Part shown: positions 24,481 through 36,989 of the stretch, in pieces
How the letters are laid out: the number at the start of each line of letters is the position of its first letter
Numbering within the stretch: position 1 is the stretch's first letter
Source: Octopus bimaculoides
Taxonomy: Eukaryota
Direction: 5' to 3'
Assembly: GCF_001194135.2 (NCBI RefSeq)
Contig: NC_068998.1
Coordinates: forward strand, 43,056,876 to 43,120,875
DNA: 64,000 nt
Made by a program: the position numbers and the translations under genes
The notes under the pieces: model-generated
The model's database searches: none
Told to the model about the DNA's origin: nothing
Seen by the model: only the letters and a program-made list of their open reading frames with translations

Positions 24481-25671
24481 CTCGCAGCTATGGATTAACT
24501 AACAAACTCCCCTGTGACTGGGGTGGGACTGATGGTAGAATGCTGTCACCATATTTCCTGCATGGATAAGAGGTGACTAAAAGGGGTGGGATTGGAGGGA
24601 TTGGCAATTCCCTCCTCCTTGTGATTTCATATTCCTAAAAAGACAATGAGTAAAAATATTTTTATATTAAAATAATCTTAGAAATTGTATATTCCCCATC
24701 ACTGCTTGACAACTCATGTTGGTGTGTTTATGTCCCTGTAACTTAGCAATTCAGCAAAAGCCACACCTGCAATAAAACACATTAGCATAAAACAAATACC
24801 AGTCATGCACCAAGGACAATTTAACTGATATACCCACCACCACCACCACCACCACCAAATTTCTAGCCTTGCACAAGTGTCTGGAATGACCATTGATGAC
24901 ACTAATGTAACTATCTAGGACTGTTGGGTTCTTTGATTGGTCCTACTTGGCTCTCTCCTTATTGGAATGTAATATTTCAATTTCATTTTCCTTTTACTAG
25001 ATTTGTTTCTGAAATCTTTTTTATTTCTCCCTTGATTCCACATAAACCTTCACCATTTGTATAATTTGTTCTTGTAAGTAATGTTCCTCTCATTTATCAC
25101 CCTCCTGACAAATAAAGAACATATTATTTTTATTCATTCTATTTTCTCATCATAAGAGAGACAGACAGACAGACAATTGATGTTAGACAGATAGAAATAT
25201 TGTGCCCAATTCTAAATCCTCAGATTAGAGATTATAGCTGTATTCTTCAAAAGGTTTAGCGATAGCATCTGAAAGGATACGCAGAAGATATTCCACCTTG
25301 TTTCTGTTGCGGGGGAATATGATTGTGAGATTAGGAACAAGAACACGAAATAAAATAAGAAAAACAATAAATGATTGACTGATTGATTACCTTAAGAACA
25401 TTCACACATTTATTTGTGCAAGCACGCATATGTGCATATAGTCATATAAAGGCAGAGACGCAAAAGAAGAAAGACAGAAACAGAGAGAGAGAGAGAGAGA
25501 AAGGTAGACACAGAGTCATTGTGATACACAGACGCAAATGCGTACACAAAAAGAGAAACAAGTGCATTTGCAGACACATAAATGCGTAAACAAATGTATA
25601 AAAATAGATTCACAGGCACACGTGGATATGAACGAAAATCACATTCACTGACAGAAAACACTCACATCGGA

Positions 25672-25836
25672 ACAGGCATGGCTGTGTGGTAAGAAGCTTG
25701 CTTCTCTACCACATATGGTCTTGGGTTCAGTCCCCTTGCATGACACCTTGGGCGTGTGTCTTCTATTATAGCCTCAGGTTGACCAAAGGCTTGTGAGTGG
25801 GTTTGGTAGATGGAAACTGAAAGAAGCCCATTGTGA

Positions 25837-25891
<55 letters not shown>

Positions 25892-26283
25892 TGAACATGC
25901 ACACACATACACATATATATATACACAAACACACATACACATGCACACACACACATCCGCTCACAAACGCTCACGTGCACACACAGGCACACACACACAC
26001 ACACACATATATATACACACACACATACATATATATATGTGTGTGTGTGTATGTGTCTTATGCCTGTGTTTATCCCCAATCACTGCTTCACAACTCATGT
26101 TGGTGTGTTTATGTCCCTGTAACTTGGCAGTTCGGCAAAAGATAACCAATAGAATAAGTACCAGGCATTAAAAAAAAAAAAAAAATCAAACAAGTACTGG
26201 AGTTGATTCATTTGACTAAAAATTCCTTAAGGTGGTGCCCCAGCATGGCCACGGTTTAATAACTGATAAAAGTAAAAAGATGA
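25672..26283 (+). mobile_element. SINE family A, full length, with expanded internal (TA)/(CA) tract
   Basis: Head at 25672-25835, ~230-bp microsatellite, body and tail to AAAGTAAAAAGA. Confidence 0.85.
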
Positions 26284-26459
26284 AAAAGATAAGATGCACA
26301 AACACATATGCAGAAATACACACAAATACATGGACACATAGACACATATCTACACATAGACAGATAGACACATGCCTACACAGTGGCTTTTATACCCTCA
26401 ATAACAACTACAACAACATCAACAACAACAACAAAAACAACAATGATATCGTTCTATAT

Positions 26460-26810
26460 TTAAGAGATAAGGAATTTTGTACATTGTTTACATTATTTAC
26501 ATTTGATGGATATTTGTCCTCATCTTGTTTGTTAACACAAGGTATTTTTCTCATATGGTATAGTGGTTAAGAGTGTGGGCTACTAACCCCAAGATTCTGA
26601 GTTTGATTCCAGGCAGTGACCTGAATAATCATAATAATAATAATAATAATAATAATATCGAATATTTCCTTAGGAATGAGAACCCTGGTTCGAAATTTTC
26701 CCAAGACACCTGATGAAGGCTGGAGAGTATATCAGCCGAAACATTGTATTAACAACAAACAAGATGAGGACAAATATCCGTCAAATATGAATAATGTAAA
26801 TAATGAAACA
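26460..26810 (+). mobile_element. tRNA-head/(AAT)n/hammerhead composite element with an upstream inverted copy of its own tail
   Basis: A-box TGGTATAGTGG (26556-26566), B-box GAGTTTGATTCC, (AAT)n, HHR and tail. 26485-26540 is the reverse complement of 26745-26800. Confidence 0.8.
26705..26750 (+). ncRNA. Minimal type I hammerhead (family 2), core intact, two helix substitutions
   Basis: GACAC CUGAUGA A GGCUG-GAGAGUAUAU-CAGCC GAAA C AUU GUAUU. The inverted copy at 26521-26540 shows the stem I partner GUGUU. An ancestral G at position 16.2 is inferred (CpG decay). Confidence 0.65.
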
Positions 26811-27344
26811 ATGATAGTGTTTATTTGAAACTGTTGTTTTTTTCGTAAATTCTCCCCTGTATACACATATATACATACATACAGAGAAATATATATGTAT
26901 ACACAATAATGCATTATTCTAACAGACAAAGAAGAAAAAAAAGTGACTGACTCACCAAAAGAGGAAAGAGAGAGAGAGAGGTATGGTTAAGCAAACAGAC
27001 ACATATGTTAACTGACTTTGTTGAGATTGCTTCAATTAGGAAGTGTTTGGTGTAAAAGCAAGGAAATAATTGAAACACAAAGAGATAATAACTTATTAAA
27101 TAGGTAATAATACGTTTGTGTACCTTTATTTTTGAATAGCACGTATATGCATCCTTGTATGTGCACATGTAAATGGAATGTATTGATAGTGCAAACATTA
27201 CTTGCTAATGCACTCATTGCACACCCAGTGTGAATGCACAAGCATATGTAAATATTGACATAGATGTGCATATAAATATGGAATGAGGGTGCCTCTAGGT
27301 GGTCACTCACCTTGCTAAAGATAGCAGCAAAATTTTTGAGGAGG

Positions 27345-27675
27345 GGGCGGCCAGTCAATTGGATCGACCCAGTTCACAACTGGTGCTTAATTTATTAACC
27401 ACGAAAGGATGAAAGGTAAAGTCGACCTCAGTGGAATTTGAACTCAGAATGTAAAAACAGACAAAGAATATTCTTTTCTAATCTAGGTACAAGGCCTGAA
27501 ATTTTGGGGGAGGGGGCCGTCGATTGGATCAACCTCAGTATGCAACTGGTACTTTATTTATGAACCCCGAAAGGATGAAATGCAAAGTCGACCTTGGCGG
27601 AATTTGAACTCAGAATGTAAAGACAGACGAAATACCGCTAAGCATTTCATCCGGCATACTAACATTTCTGCTAAG
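27345..27675 (-). mobile_element. Two stacked SINE family C copies
   Basis: Consensus-like modules including CCCCGAAAGGATGAAATGCAAAGTCGACCTTGGCGGAATTTGAACTCAGAA. Confidence 0.85.
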
Positions 27676-27714
27676 TCAACACCTTATAGCTTCAATATAT
27701 CAATGCTGGACAGC

Positions 27715-27920
27715 AGTGATCTGGCTGAGTCATTAGCATGCAGGGCATAATGCTTAGCAGCATTCAGCTCTTTGCATTCTAAGTTCAAATTCTGCTAAGA
27801 TTGACTTTGCCTTCCATCCTTTTGGTGTCAATAAAATAAGTACGAGTTGAACACTGGGGTCAATATAATCGACTGCCTACCCCTAAATTGCTGGCCATGT
27901 TCCAAAATTTGAAACCAGTA
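27715..27920 (+). mobile_element. SINE family C, head-to-head with the preceding copy
   Basis: TTAGCATGCAGGGCATAATGCTTAGC..AAGTTCAAATTCTGC..CCAAAATTTGAAACC. Confidence 0.8.
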
Positions 27921-28975
27921 TTTCGATGATGTGATTGTTTATTTTTGAAATGACATTGTAGGTTAGGTGTAAAAGGCCAGATGAGGACATAAAACAATGA
28001 AGATATTTAGGCCGGATATGGCTGATCTAAATGCTAGGAATGAGTAATGTTAAGCATATCAATTCAAGGATTAGACTAGTCCATGTTTTATCAACCCTAA
28101 AAATATAGAAGACAACAGGGACTGAAATGGGATTTGAACTAAGAACTTTATTACTTCTAAATAAATACCACAACCATTGTTGACGCTTAGTTAATTCAAC
28201 ACATTTGAATAAAACTAGACGTTTATAAAAACAAAACTCTGTTAATACTTGTGTACAAATTAACCTCTTTCATGACATACATACATAATGAAATTAATAA
28301 ACTTTTTCTATAAAATAACAAAAGACATAAATTTAAATTACAATTCCACTCGAATTAACATAATTGTCATTATTTCTGTACTCACATTAATGACTTTTTG
28401 CACAATGAAAAAAAAAAACACCCAAAAGAGACAGTTAAAAATAATTCGTTAAACTCAAGTAAATAATAACCAAATGAAATTTCGCTGTTATTTGTATGAT
28501 AATGATATAAATATTTTAAAGTAATATTCAATTTAAATAATCGATGTTCTTTTGAGAGATGGAGGTTAATTCAAAAGAAGCACAGATCTATTGTAAGTTG
28601 TATATGACATCTGAGGATTCTTTTATTATCATCATTGATATTACTGCTATGTAGTATTTCATTTATTGTATTCCTAGTATATTGTCTTTCAACAGTGTAT
28701 CTTTTACCATGATATCTAACTTCAAATGCCCCAGTCTACTTGGCAGTCAAACAAAAATTAGGCTAACGGGGGTGCTATTATGCAGCAGCTTGACCAATTA
28801 GAAATAGTAGCCAACTCTTCCTCAATCAGACCCTGATATCTTAAAAAGGGAAGAACGTGTGAAATACTGTAGTTTTAGATATCCCTAAAGAGACAGAACA
28901 GCTATGGATCTACTTGATTGTAGTTGACCAGGAGCAAAACTATGACAGCAACAACAAGGGGAATTGGATTGTTAA

Positions 28976-29150
28976 CCCTTTCGTTACCATATTTATTCTG
29001 AGATGCCCTGTGTTTCTTTAATTAATTTTGAATATAACCAAGAATTTAGTAAAATAATTTAGTTATCATTAATCTGATGTTAGGAACATAAATTGTGACT
29101 AAGGTTTGGTGGAAGGTTTTAATACAAAATTTGTGAAAACAAGACATTTA
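28976..29150. mobile_element. piggyBac-type MITE, 3'-truncated copy of the 2980-3199 family
   Basis: TTAA CCCTTTCGTTACC..GAGATGCCCTGTGTTTCTTT..TAAGGTTTGGTGGAAGGTTTTAAT. Confidence 0.8.
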
Positions 29151-30102
29151 TAAATTAGAAAATTACTATTAGTAAATCTCACAACGAAAGATATTCAGCA
29201 ACAGTACTTTGGAGTAAAGATTATTTGCCAGCATAACATGGCAGTCCTGGTTTAGGACTAATGTTGCTGTAATTTAAGATAGATTAAGATAATTTGAGAT
29301 AGATTAGTTGAGAAAAAAAAATGGCTGGATTGGTTAAAAATGGTATATCTTCGATCATATGTCTTACTTTATCAGGGCTTATATTTACTTAAGTAACAAC
29401 CCCTAAAAAACTGATGAGAGAGCATATCTATGGGCCCTTAATCTGGAAGAAGAAGCGAATAGATCATCTGCAAGTTGCACCCTATATTTATAAAAATAAA
29501 AAAGTCAAGGCACATTTAATAATGCATTCTAGAACAATAATATTTGAAAAAAAAAATAATTGGTCATAAGTGGTCATTATTGGAAAGTCTTTGATCATAA
29601 GATCTACTCAATCAAGTTTGACATGGGGCCAAACAATACCATTCATTCCACTTCATTCATTCCTAAAAGATCCCAGAAATCAACAGAATCACCAAGTGTT
29701 TTTCCTATTCTTGTGACACCATCAATAGAATAAACCAGCCAGCCATATAGAAAACAACATCAACAATAACAGCAATTATTTAATTTACCATTTGATCATT
29801 TGATATAGTCTGTCAGAACATTTTCAAATAATTTTAGTCTCTTTCAATATAATTTTGTTACGAGGCGAATTGCCAAAACAATCAATCTGAGCTGGCACAA
29901 TCAAAACACCTCTTAGTCTTCTCCATAGATTCTTCAATAGAAATTGGTGATGGGTGTTTGATTCTAGGACATAAACCACAGCAATTTAATTTACAATTCA
30001 TAAACTAAACAGGCAAAATGCTTATTGGTAATAGTTAAGGAATAAAAACAATTTTTTTTATCTCTTGGTTTGTAATTCTCAGTTTTATTTTTCTTCTTTT
30101 AC

Positions 30103-30313
30103 ATTTCTTTTACTCTTTTTTTTATACTTGTTTCAGTCATTTGACTGTGGCCATGCTGGAGCACTGCCTTTAGTCAAGCAAATCGACCCCAGGACTTATT
30201 CTTTGGAAGCCCTAATTCTATCAGGCTCTTTTGCCGAACCACTAAGTTACGGAGGACATAAACACACCAGCATCGGTTGTCAAACGATGTTGGGGGACAA
30301 ACACAGACACACA

Positions 30314-30345
<32 letters not shown>

Positions 30346-30470
30346 CGACGGGCTTCTTTCAGTTTTCCGTCTACCAAATCAACTCACAAGGCTTTGGTCA
30401 GCCCAAGGCTATAGTAGAAGACACTTGCCCAAGATGCCACGCAGTGGGACTGAACCCGGAACCATGTGGA
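30103..30470 (-). mobile_element. SINE family A, near full length
   Basis: Reverse complement of the 12720-13131 consensus. Confidence 0.9.
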
Positions 30471-31509
30471 ACCTTTTGGGGTCGACAGAAAAAGTACCAA
30501 TTGAGTACTGGGGGTGATGTGGTTAACTTAACACCCTCCCCTAAAATTACTGGCCTTGTGCCAAAATTTGTAATTAATATTTCTGAATAAAATGCACAAA
30601 GATGTCTTTGAAAGAAATAAGGAAAGCTAAAATCTGAGGAAATGAGTCTGACAAAAATCCAGTCTGGAGCATATATTTCAACATCCCACATCAAGGAAAC
30701 TTATTGATGCTGTAAATTCTCTTGGAATCTGAGAAAAACAATATCGATCTAAATATATATGAATTCAAATCTTACTAACATCATACATTCATTCAGTTTT
30801 TTTTGTCATTTTATTTTTGCATTGTACAGCTTATATAACTACTTGTTCCTTTGTTTTTGACCCTCATAGTTGATGAACGAAGCAAAAAGGAACAGATTAG
30901 GTTTTTTAGTTGGATATTTTAACTTTGGTTATTGTTTCATTCAGCAGATAAGATAGATTTCTTTCAGAACAAGAGCACCAGTCTGTTTCAATTAACTTTT
31001 ATTGAAATTCTTGTGCTTTATTCTGATAGTTAAGTGAAGAACAAGAGCATGCAAAATATGATCTGCCAAAGCAGTCAGAATAAAGTATTGAATGGGAGCA
31101 TGTAAAATATAGGAGAATGGTAAATGTAGTAAACAGGAGATTGGAACCTGTAAAATACAGGAAGTTTAAATATGAAATTAAGTGGATTGTGGTGTATGAA
31201 TTATTGGGTTTGGAATATAAAGAATAACACACATTAAGACATGTAAAATATAGTAAACCAGAGCCTATAGTGTATAATTCAAAGATGCAATAAAATGGCA
31301 GTTGTTGATCTGAACATACAAATCATTTGATGAAATCCTGTATAATATTCCCTTACCCAGATGATAAGTACTCATTTGATAGAACAGCGTTATTATATGT
31401 GTGAGAGGTTAAAATTTAAGACCTCAAACTGTTCCACTGAAAATAAGCCTGTCTCTTCTATATCGGCTTAAAATTTTAGCATAAAACCAGATATTTTTTA
31501 AAGAGAACT

Positions 31510-31650
31510 GGTACTTATTTTATTGACTCCCCCAAAAGAATGAAAGGCAAACCCAATCTCAGCAGAATTTGAACTCAGAATGTAAAGACTGAGGAAATGT
31601 AGTTAAGTATTTTACCTGCTGTGCTAACAATTCTGCCAACTCACTGCCTT
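31510..31650 (-). mobile_element. SINE family C
   Basis: CTGGTACTTATTTTATTGAC..GAATGAAAGGCAAA..GCAGAATTTGAACTCAGAATG. Confidence 0.75.
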
Positions 31651-31892
31651 CCCTCTCTTCTATATTGGTTGGCACTCCATCGGTTACGTAATCATTTCTC
31701 AATGAACCTTCACCAAATGTTACAAGATTACCAGTTGTTGCCTGGAATCGTGCATGAAGAAAACAATTCCCAGGTCTGAAATCCCCTAAGGTTGGAGAAG
31801 AAATGAATCTAGAAAGGAGATATAGGGGGACAAAATTGTAGTAGAGTAGCATTAGTGTTGAAGATATATACATATACGTACATACATTGTTG

Positions 31893-32275
31893 TTGGCACT
31901 CCGTCGCTTACGACGACGAGGGTTCCAGTTGATCTGATCAATGGAACAGCCTGCTCGTGAAATTAACGTGCAAGTGGCTGAGTACTCCACAGACACGTGT
32001 ACCCTTAACGTAGTTCTCAGGGAGATTCAGCGTGACACAGAGTATGACAAGGCTGGCTCTTTGAAATGCAGGTACAGCAGAAACAGGAAGAAAGAGTGAG
32101 AGAAAGTTGCGGTGGAAGAGTACAGCAGGGTTCACCACCATCCCCTGCTGGAGCCTCGTGGAGCTTTTAGGTGTTTTCGCTCAATAAACACTCACAATGC
32201 CTGATCTGGAAATCGAAACCACGATCCTATGACCACGAGTTCACTGCCCTAACCACTAGGCCATTGCACCTCCAT
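31893..32275 (-). mobile_element. SINE family B, full length
   Basis: Reverse complement of 43365-43750, ending TTGTTGGCACTCCGTCG. Confidence 0.9.
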
Positions 32276-34054
32276 GGGCTATTGCGCTTTCTAACCACTG
32301 GGCCATTGCGCCTTCTATATTAATACGTAAACATTGATGTAAAACAGCAAGTTGTAGAGGCTTGGATTATGTTAATATCGATATGATCCATTCATTTTAT
32401 TTCAGGTTCAGCCTATACCATAATCCACATTCATATTGAGATTAGCTACTTATCCCCTAAAATTGCAGAATCAGTGCTAAGATTTTACTCTTGTGTAAAG
32501 TATTTGGGACAAAGGCAAAGTCGGTCTCAATGGAATTTCAATGATTAAAGACTTTTAACTGTGACAATTCCATCATAATTTCAGACAGTATATCTAGGAC
32601 TACATTATCTAATGTTTCCTATCTTATTACACAACCCAAACTCAACCAGTTTTGACCCATAATTAAAGACAGTCTATCCACAACTAACCTGTCTCTTAAT
32701 TTTAGACAGTATATGAGGAATTACATTATCCAGTGTGCACCTCCATTTTCAAGACAATGTGTAATTTGAGAACTATTTGGCTGCTATTCTTAAGGGGTCA
32801 AGTTGTCCAATATAAAGCCTCCATTTTTGTTCATTATCATATTGTTTCTTGACCGGTTCAATTTGATAATCTCTGCTGTTTCTTTAAGATGAAGATTTTG
32901 TGCCTTTCGACGCATTTAAAATGATGATTGTTCCATTGAAGATAACAATATAACGATAATTAGGAACGGCATCTTTGAAAGCCTTGTTCTGTTTGGAAGC
33001 CTCTGTAACATAGCTCCGTCTCAAAGACAACTGATTGAAGACATACAATAATTCAAAGCAATAGCAAAGCACATAAAAAACTTCTAAGAGAGAAAGAAAG
33101 AGAGAAGCAAAGCTAAAGAAATCAAGATCGCTTGATATATCTCATATTCATCTTCATCACTCAAGCATATTATCCCCCAACCTACTCTGATCAAGCTAAA
33201 TTTTCATGTAATTNNNNNNNNNNNNNNNNNNNNNNNNNNNNNNNNNNNNNNNNNNNNNNNNNNNNNNNNNNNNNNNNNNNNNNNNNNNNNNNNNNNNNNN
33301 NNNNNNNNNNNNNNNNNNNNNNNNNNNNNNNNNNNNNNNNNNNNNNNNNNNNNNNNNNNNNNNNNNNNNNNNNNNNNNNNNNNNNNNNNNNNNNNNNNNN
33401 NNNNNNNNNNNNNNNNNNNNNNNNNNNNNNNNNNNNNNNNNNNNNNNNNNNNNNNNNNNNNNNNNNNNNNNNNNNNNNNNNNNNNNNNNNNNNNNNNNNN
33501 NNNNNNNNNNNNNNNNNNNNNNNNNNNNNNNNNNNNNNNNNNNNNNNNNNNNNNNNNNNNNNNNNNNNNNNNNNNNNNNNNNNNNNNNNNNNNNNNNNNN
33601 NNNNNNNNNNNNNNNNNNNNNNNNNNNNNNNNNNNNNNNNNNNNNNNNNNNNNNNNNNNNNNNNNNNNNNNNNNNNNNNNNNNNNNNNNNNNNNNNNNNN
33701 NNNNNNNNNNNNNNNNNNNNNNNNNNNNNNNNNNNNNNNNNNNNNNNNNNNNNNNNNNNNNNNNNNNNNNNNNNNNNNNNNNNNNNNNNNNNNNNNNNNN
33801 NNNNNNNNNNNNNNNNNNNNNNNNNNNNNNNNNNNNNNNNNNNNNNNNNNNNNNNNNNNNNNNNNNNNNNNNNNNNNNNNNNNNNNNNNNNNNNNNNNNN
33901 NNNNNNNNNNNNNNNNNNNNNNNNNNNNNNNNNNNNNNNNNNNNNNNNNNNNNNNNNNNNNNNNNNNNNNNNNNNNNNNNNNNNNNNNNNNNNNNNNNNN
34001 NNNNNNNNNNNNNNNNNNNNNNNNNNNNNNNNNNNNNNNNNNNNNNNNNNNNNN

Positions 34055-34144
34055 ACAAACACACAGATATACCCATATATGTATATCTATATATATAAAT
34101 ATATACATGTACACACATGTATATTATATACATATAAACGTCTA

Positions 34145-34196
<52 letters not shown>

Positions 34197-34832
34197 TACA
34201 CACACAGACACACATATTTATAGGCTCACACATACATATACATATGTTTTGTATAATATGATGCTTATAAATAAACATCATTTCTGCGAGTTATAATAAA
34301 TATGTACATATTTATGTACGATTACATAATATCAACATTAGCCTATTTATAACATAACCTTAATGCACTCAACACAGCATTAAAGCAAAAAAAAAAAAAT
34401 GGCCAAATTGAAAGTATATAAATATAAGTTGCTCTCTGTGTCTGAGTTTATTTGTGTCACTATTTTTTTAATATTTCTTGATATATATAAAGAGTGTAAG
34501 TAATGATATACAGTTGAACCTATGCATATATCTAATTAGATATGTATAGAAATATATTTATATGCATGAGGATACGTATGCATCTAGATAAATATGCATA
34601 CACTTTCATACAGAGTTGTACCTGTCTACATATACTCCTCCAGCACACACACACTACTACTGCATAAATACCCACCAAGATACACACACACACACACACA
34701 CACATATATGCATATATATATATATATATTTATTTATTTATATGTATATCTATAAATATTGATATGTATATTGATATATGTTCATATATGCATGTGTGTA
34801 TATATATATATTTGTAAGTATATATGGGTATA

Positions 34833-34869
<37 letters not shown>

Positions 34870-35120
34870 NNNNNNNNNNNNNNNNNNNNNNNNNNNNNNN
34901 NNNNNNNNNNNNNNNNNNNNNNNNNNNNNNNNNNNNNNNNNNNNNNNNNNNNNNNNNNNNNNNNNNNNNNNNNNNNNNNNNNNNNNNNNNNNNNNNNNNN
35001 NNNNNNNNNNNNNNNNNNNNNNNNNNNNNNNNNNNNNNNNNNNNNNNNNNNNNNNNNNNNNNNNNNNNNNNNNNNNNNNNNNNNNNATATATATATATAT
35101 ATATATACATAAGCACACAT

Positions 35121-35199
<79 letters not shown>

Positions 35200-35250
35200 G
35201 TATATATGTTTACATATAGACAAACATGTATACGTGTGCTTATATATATA
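34055..35250. repeat. (TA)n/(CA)n-rich microsatellite tract flanking gaps
   Basis: Visible dinucleotide runs. Confidence 0.9.
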
Positions 35251-35254
35251 TACC

Positions 35255-35675
35255 TTGAGAGAAAAGTTAGGTATAAGCGGAATCAGATGTGCTGTGCAAG
35301 AGAGATAACTGTGTTGGTATGGTCATGTGATGCATATGGATGAGGATGGCTGTGTAAAGAAGTGCTGATCTCTAAGTGTGGGGGGAACCTGTGTTAGAGG
35401 TAGACCCAGGAAGACATGGAACGAGGTGGTGAAGCATGATCTTTGAACTTTGAGCCTCACAGAAGCAATGAATGGTGACTGAGACCTTTGGCGATGTGCT
35501 GTGCTTGAGAGGACCCATCAAGCCAAGTGCACCTGTGCTGGTGGCATGTATAGAACATCTTTTGAGCACTGGGCCTCACAGAGGCAAAGTGCCTGAATTC
35601 CTTCAAGGAAGCAAAGTGGCTTTTGAGTAATGGGCCTCATGGAGGCAATAACCCAAGACCTTTGGCATTATGTCA
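35255..35675 (+). mobile_element. RTE-clade LINE ORF2 C-terminus plus 3' UTR (pseudogenised)
   Basis: One frame reads REKLGISGIRCAVQER*LCWYGHVMHMDEDGCVKKC*SLSVGGTCVRGRPRKTWNEVVKHDL*TLSLTEAMNGD*DLWRCAVLERTHQAK. Confidence 0.9.
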
Positions 35676-35677
35676 AG

Positions 35678-35915
35678 TTTCTATCTACACCTTTCCTACA
35701 GATTGCGCAAGGTCGTCTACCTGAAGGGATTTGCAATTTGTTTGCCTTACCTTGCTTCCGTACCTGGAACTTCTTCTCTCGTTCAGGGAGTCATTGAGGT
35801 AAAAGAGCAAGGTCATCAGCATAGAGGAGTTCCCAGGGGCAGCCTGTCTTAATTTAATTCCTCTGTTACTGCCTGGAGGACTATGGTAAACAAGAGGGTC
35901 TGAACACCAGACCTT
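35678..35915 (-). mobile_element. RTE-clade reverse transcriptase remnant (YADD region)
   Basis: Reads LLFTIVLQAVTEE [frameshift] KTGCPWELLYADDLAL ... QIPSGRRPCAICRKGVDR. Confidence 0.85.
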
Positions 35916-36824
35916 TGTGAACACAAACACACACACATACACACACGTACGTGTGTGTGAGTATGTATATATATATGTGTATATATATATATATTTATAC
36001 ATGTGTGTGTGTATGTGTGTGTTTTTAAATATATCTATATATGTCTATATATATATATATGTGTGTGTGTTTCAACTTCATTGACCTGTTATTCTGAGTC
36101 TATCAAAACATCTCGTTTACGTACATAATCGTCATTTCTATAATGAAGTTTGATTAGTGTAAACTTAATGAGCTCCCAGGATTTCCATGTAATGCAATAC
36201 AAATTAAGCAAAAAGGAGACCAAAAAAAGAAAAAAAAAGAAAAAGAAAGAGGAAAAAAACTAAATATGAGTTTTAATAGAAATATAGATGAAAACAAGAA
36301 TAATACAATAAAATTTTTAAAACCCACAAAAACAAGCAATTTTAATATTGTATTACTTAAGTAGTTTGATTGAAACAGATAAATTCAAACGAAATGATTG
36401 GTTTCTGTATAGTTTGTATGAATTCATTAGCCAATATCTTCAGTTTAAAATCGTAATTCGTTTTCAAAAGTAATTGAAATTTCAATGGATATTTGAAAAT
36501 CGGATTTGTCATTAAGTCAGAAATGAAATGTTATTGTGGCCACTTAAATGATTCGACCATTAGAACAGGTTTCAGGTGAAAATCATTGAATCTTTGAGAA
36601 TCAGTGGTTGTTAGTGTTATTGTTTGCTGTGGTTGTTCATGAAAGCCATTGTCAACTTACTTGCTCTTGCAGATTTGCAGAAGCATTAGAATTGTAGTTC
36701 TCAACCATATTTTTGCCTTATGGACTCCTTTTATTCCTCTGTTACTCCACGGAACCCTCATTGCTGTTCAATGTTTAAAAAACCAAAATCCTGATATATT
36801 CTTATAATCAAATATTTGGAATTG

Positions 36825-36985
36825 TAGGTGTGACTCTGTAGTAAGAAGCTTGCTTCTCAACGCCATGGTTCCAGGCTCTGTCCTAGTCTGTGACACCTCA
36901 GGCAAATGTCTACATAGTCTTGGACTGACCAAAGCCTTGCAAGTGGATTTGGTAAACGGAAACTGAAAGAAGCTCATCGTGTATA
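36825..36985 (+). mobile_element. SINE family A, 5' half
   Basis: GTAAGAAGCTTGCTTC..GGAAACTGAAAGAAGCTCATCG. Confidence 0.8.
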
Positions 36986-36989
36986 TATT

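Noticed and set aside
31005-31083. Possible terminal exon (TTCTGATAG|LSEEQEHAKYDLPKQSE*)
   Set aside because: It is only 17 codons with a weak acceptor, no upstream partner exon and no recognisable homology.
32920-33052. LRR-like peptide IEDNNITIIRNGIFESLVLFGSL on the + strand
   Set aside because: It is a single motif in a ~43-codon frame bounded by stops, with no convincing splice sites or neighbouring repeats. Probably chance.
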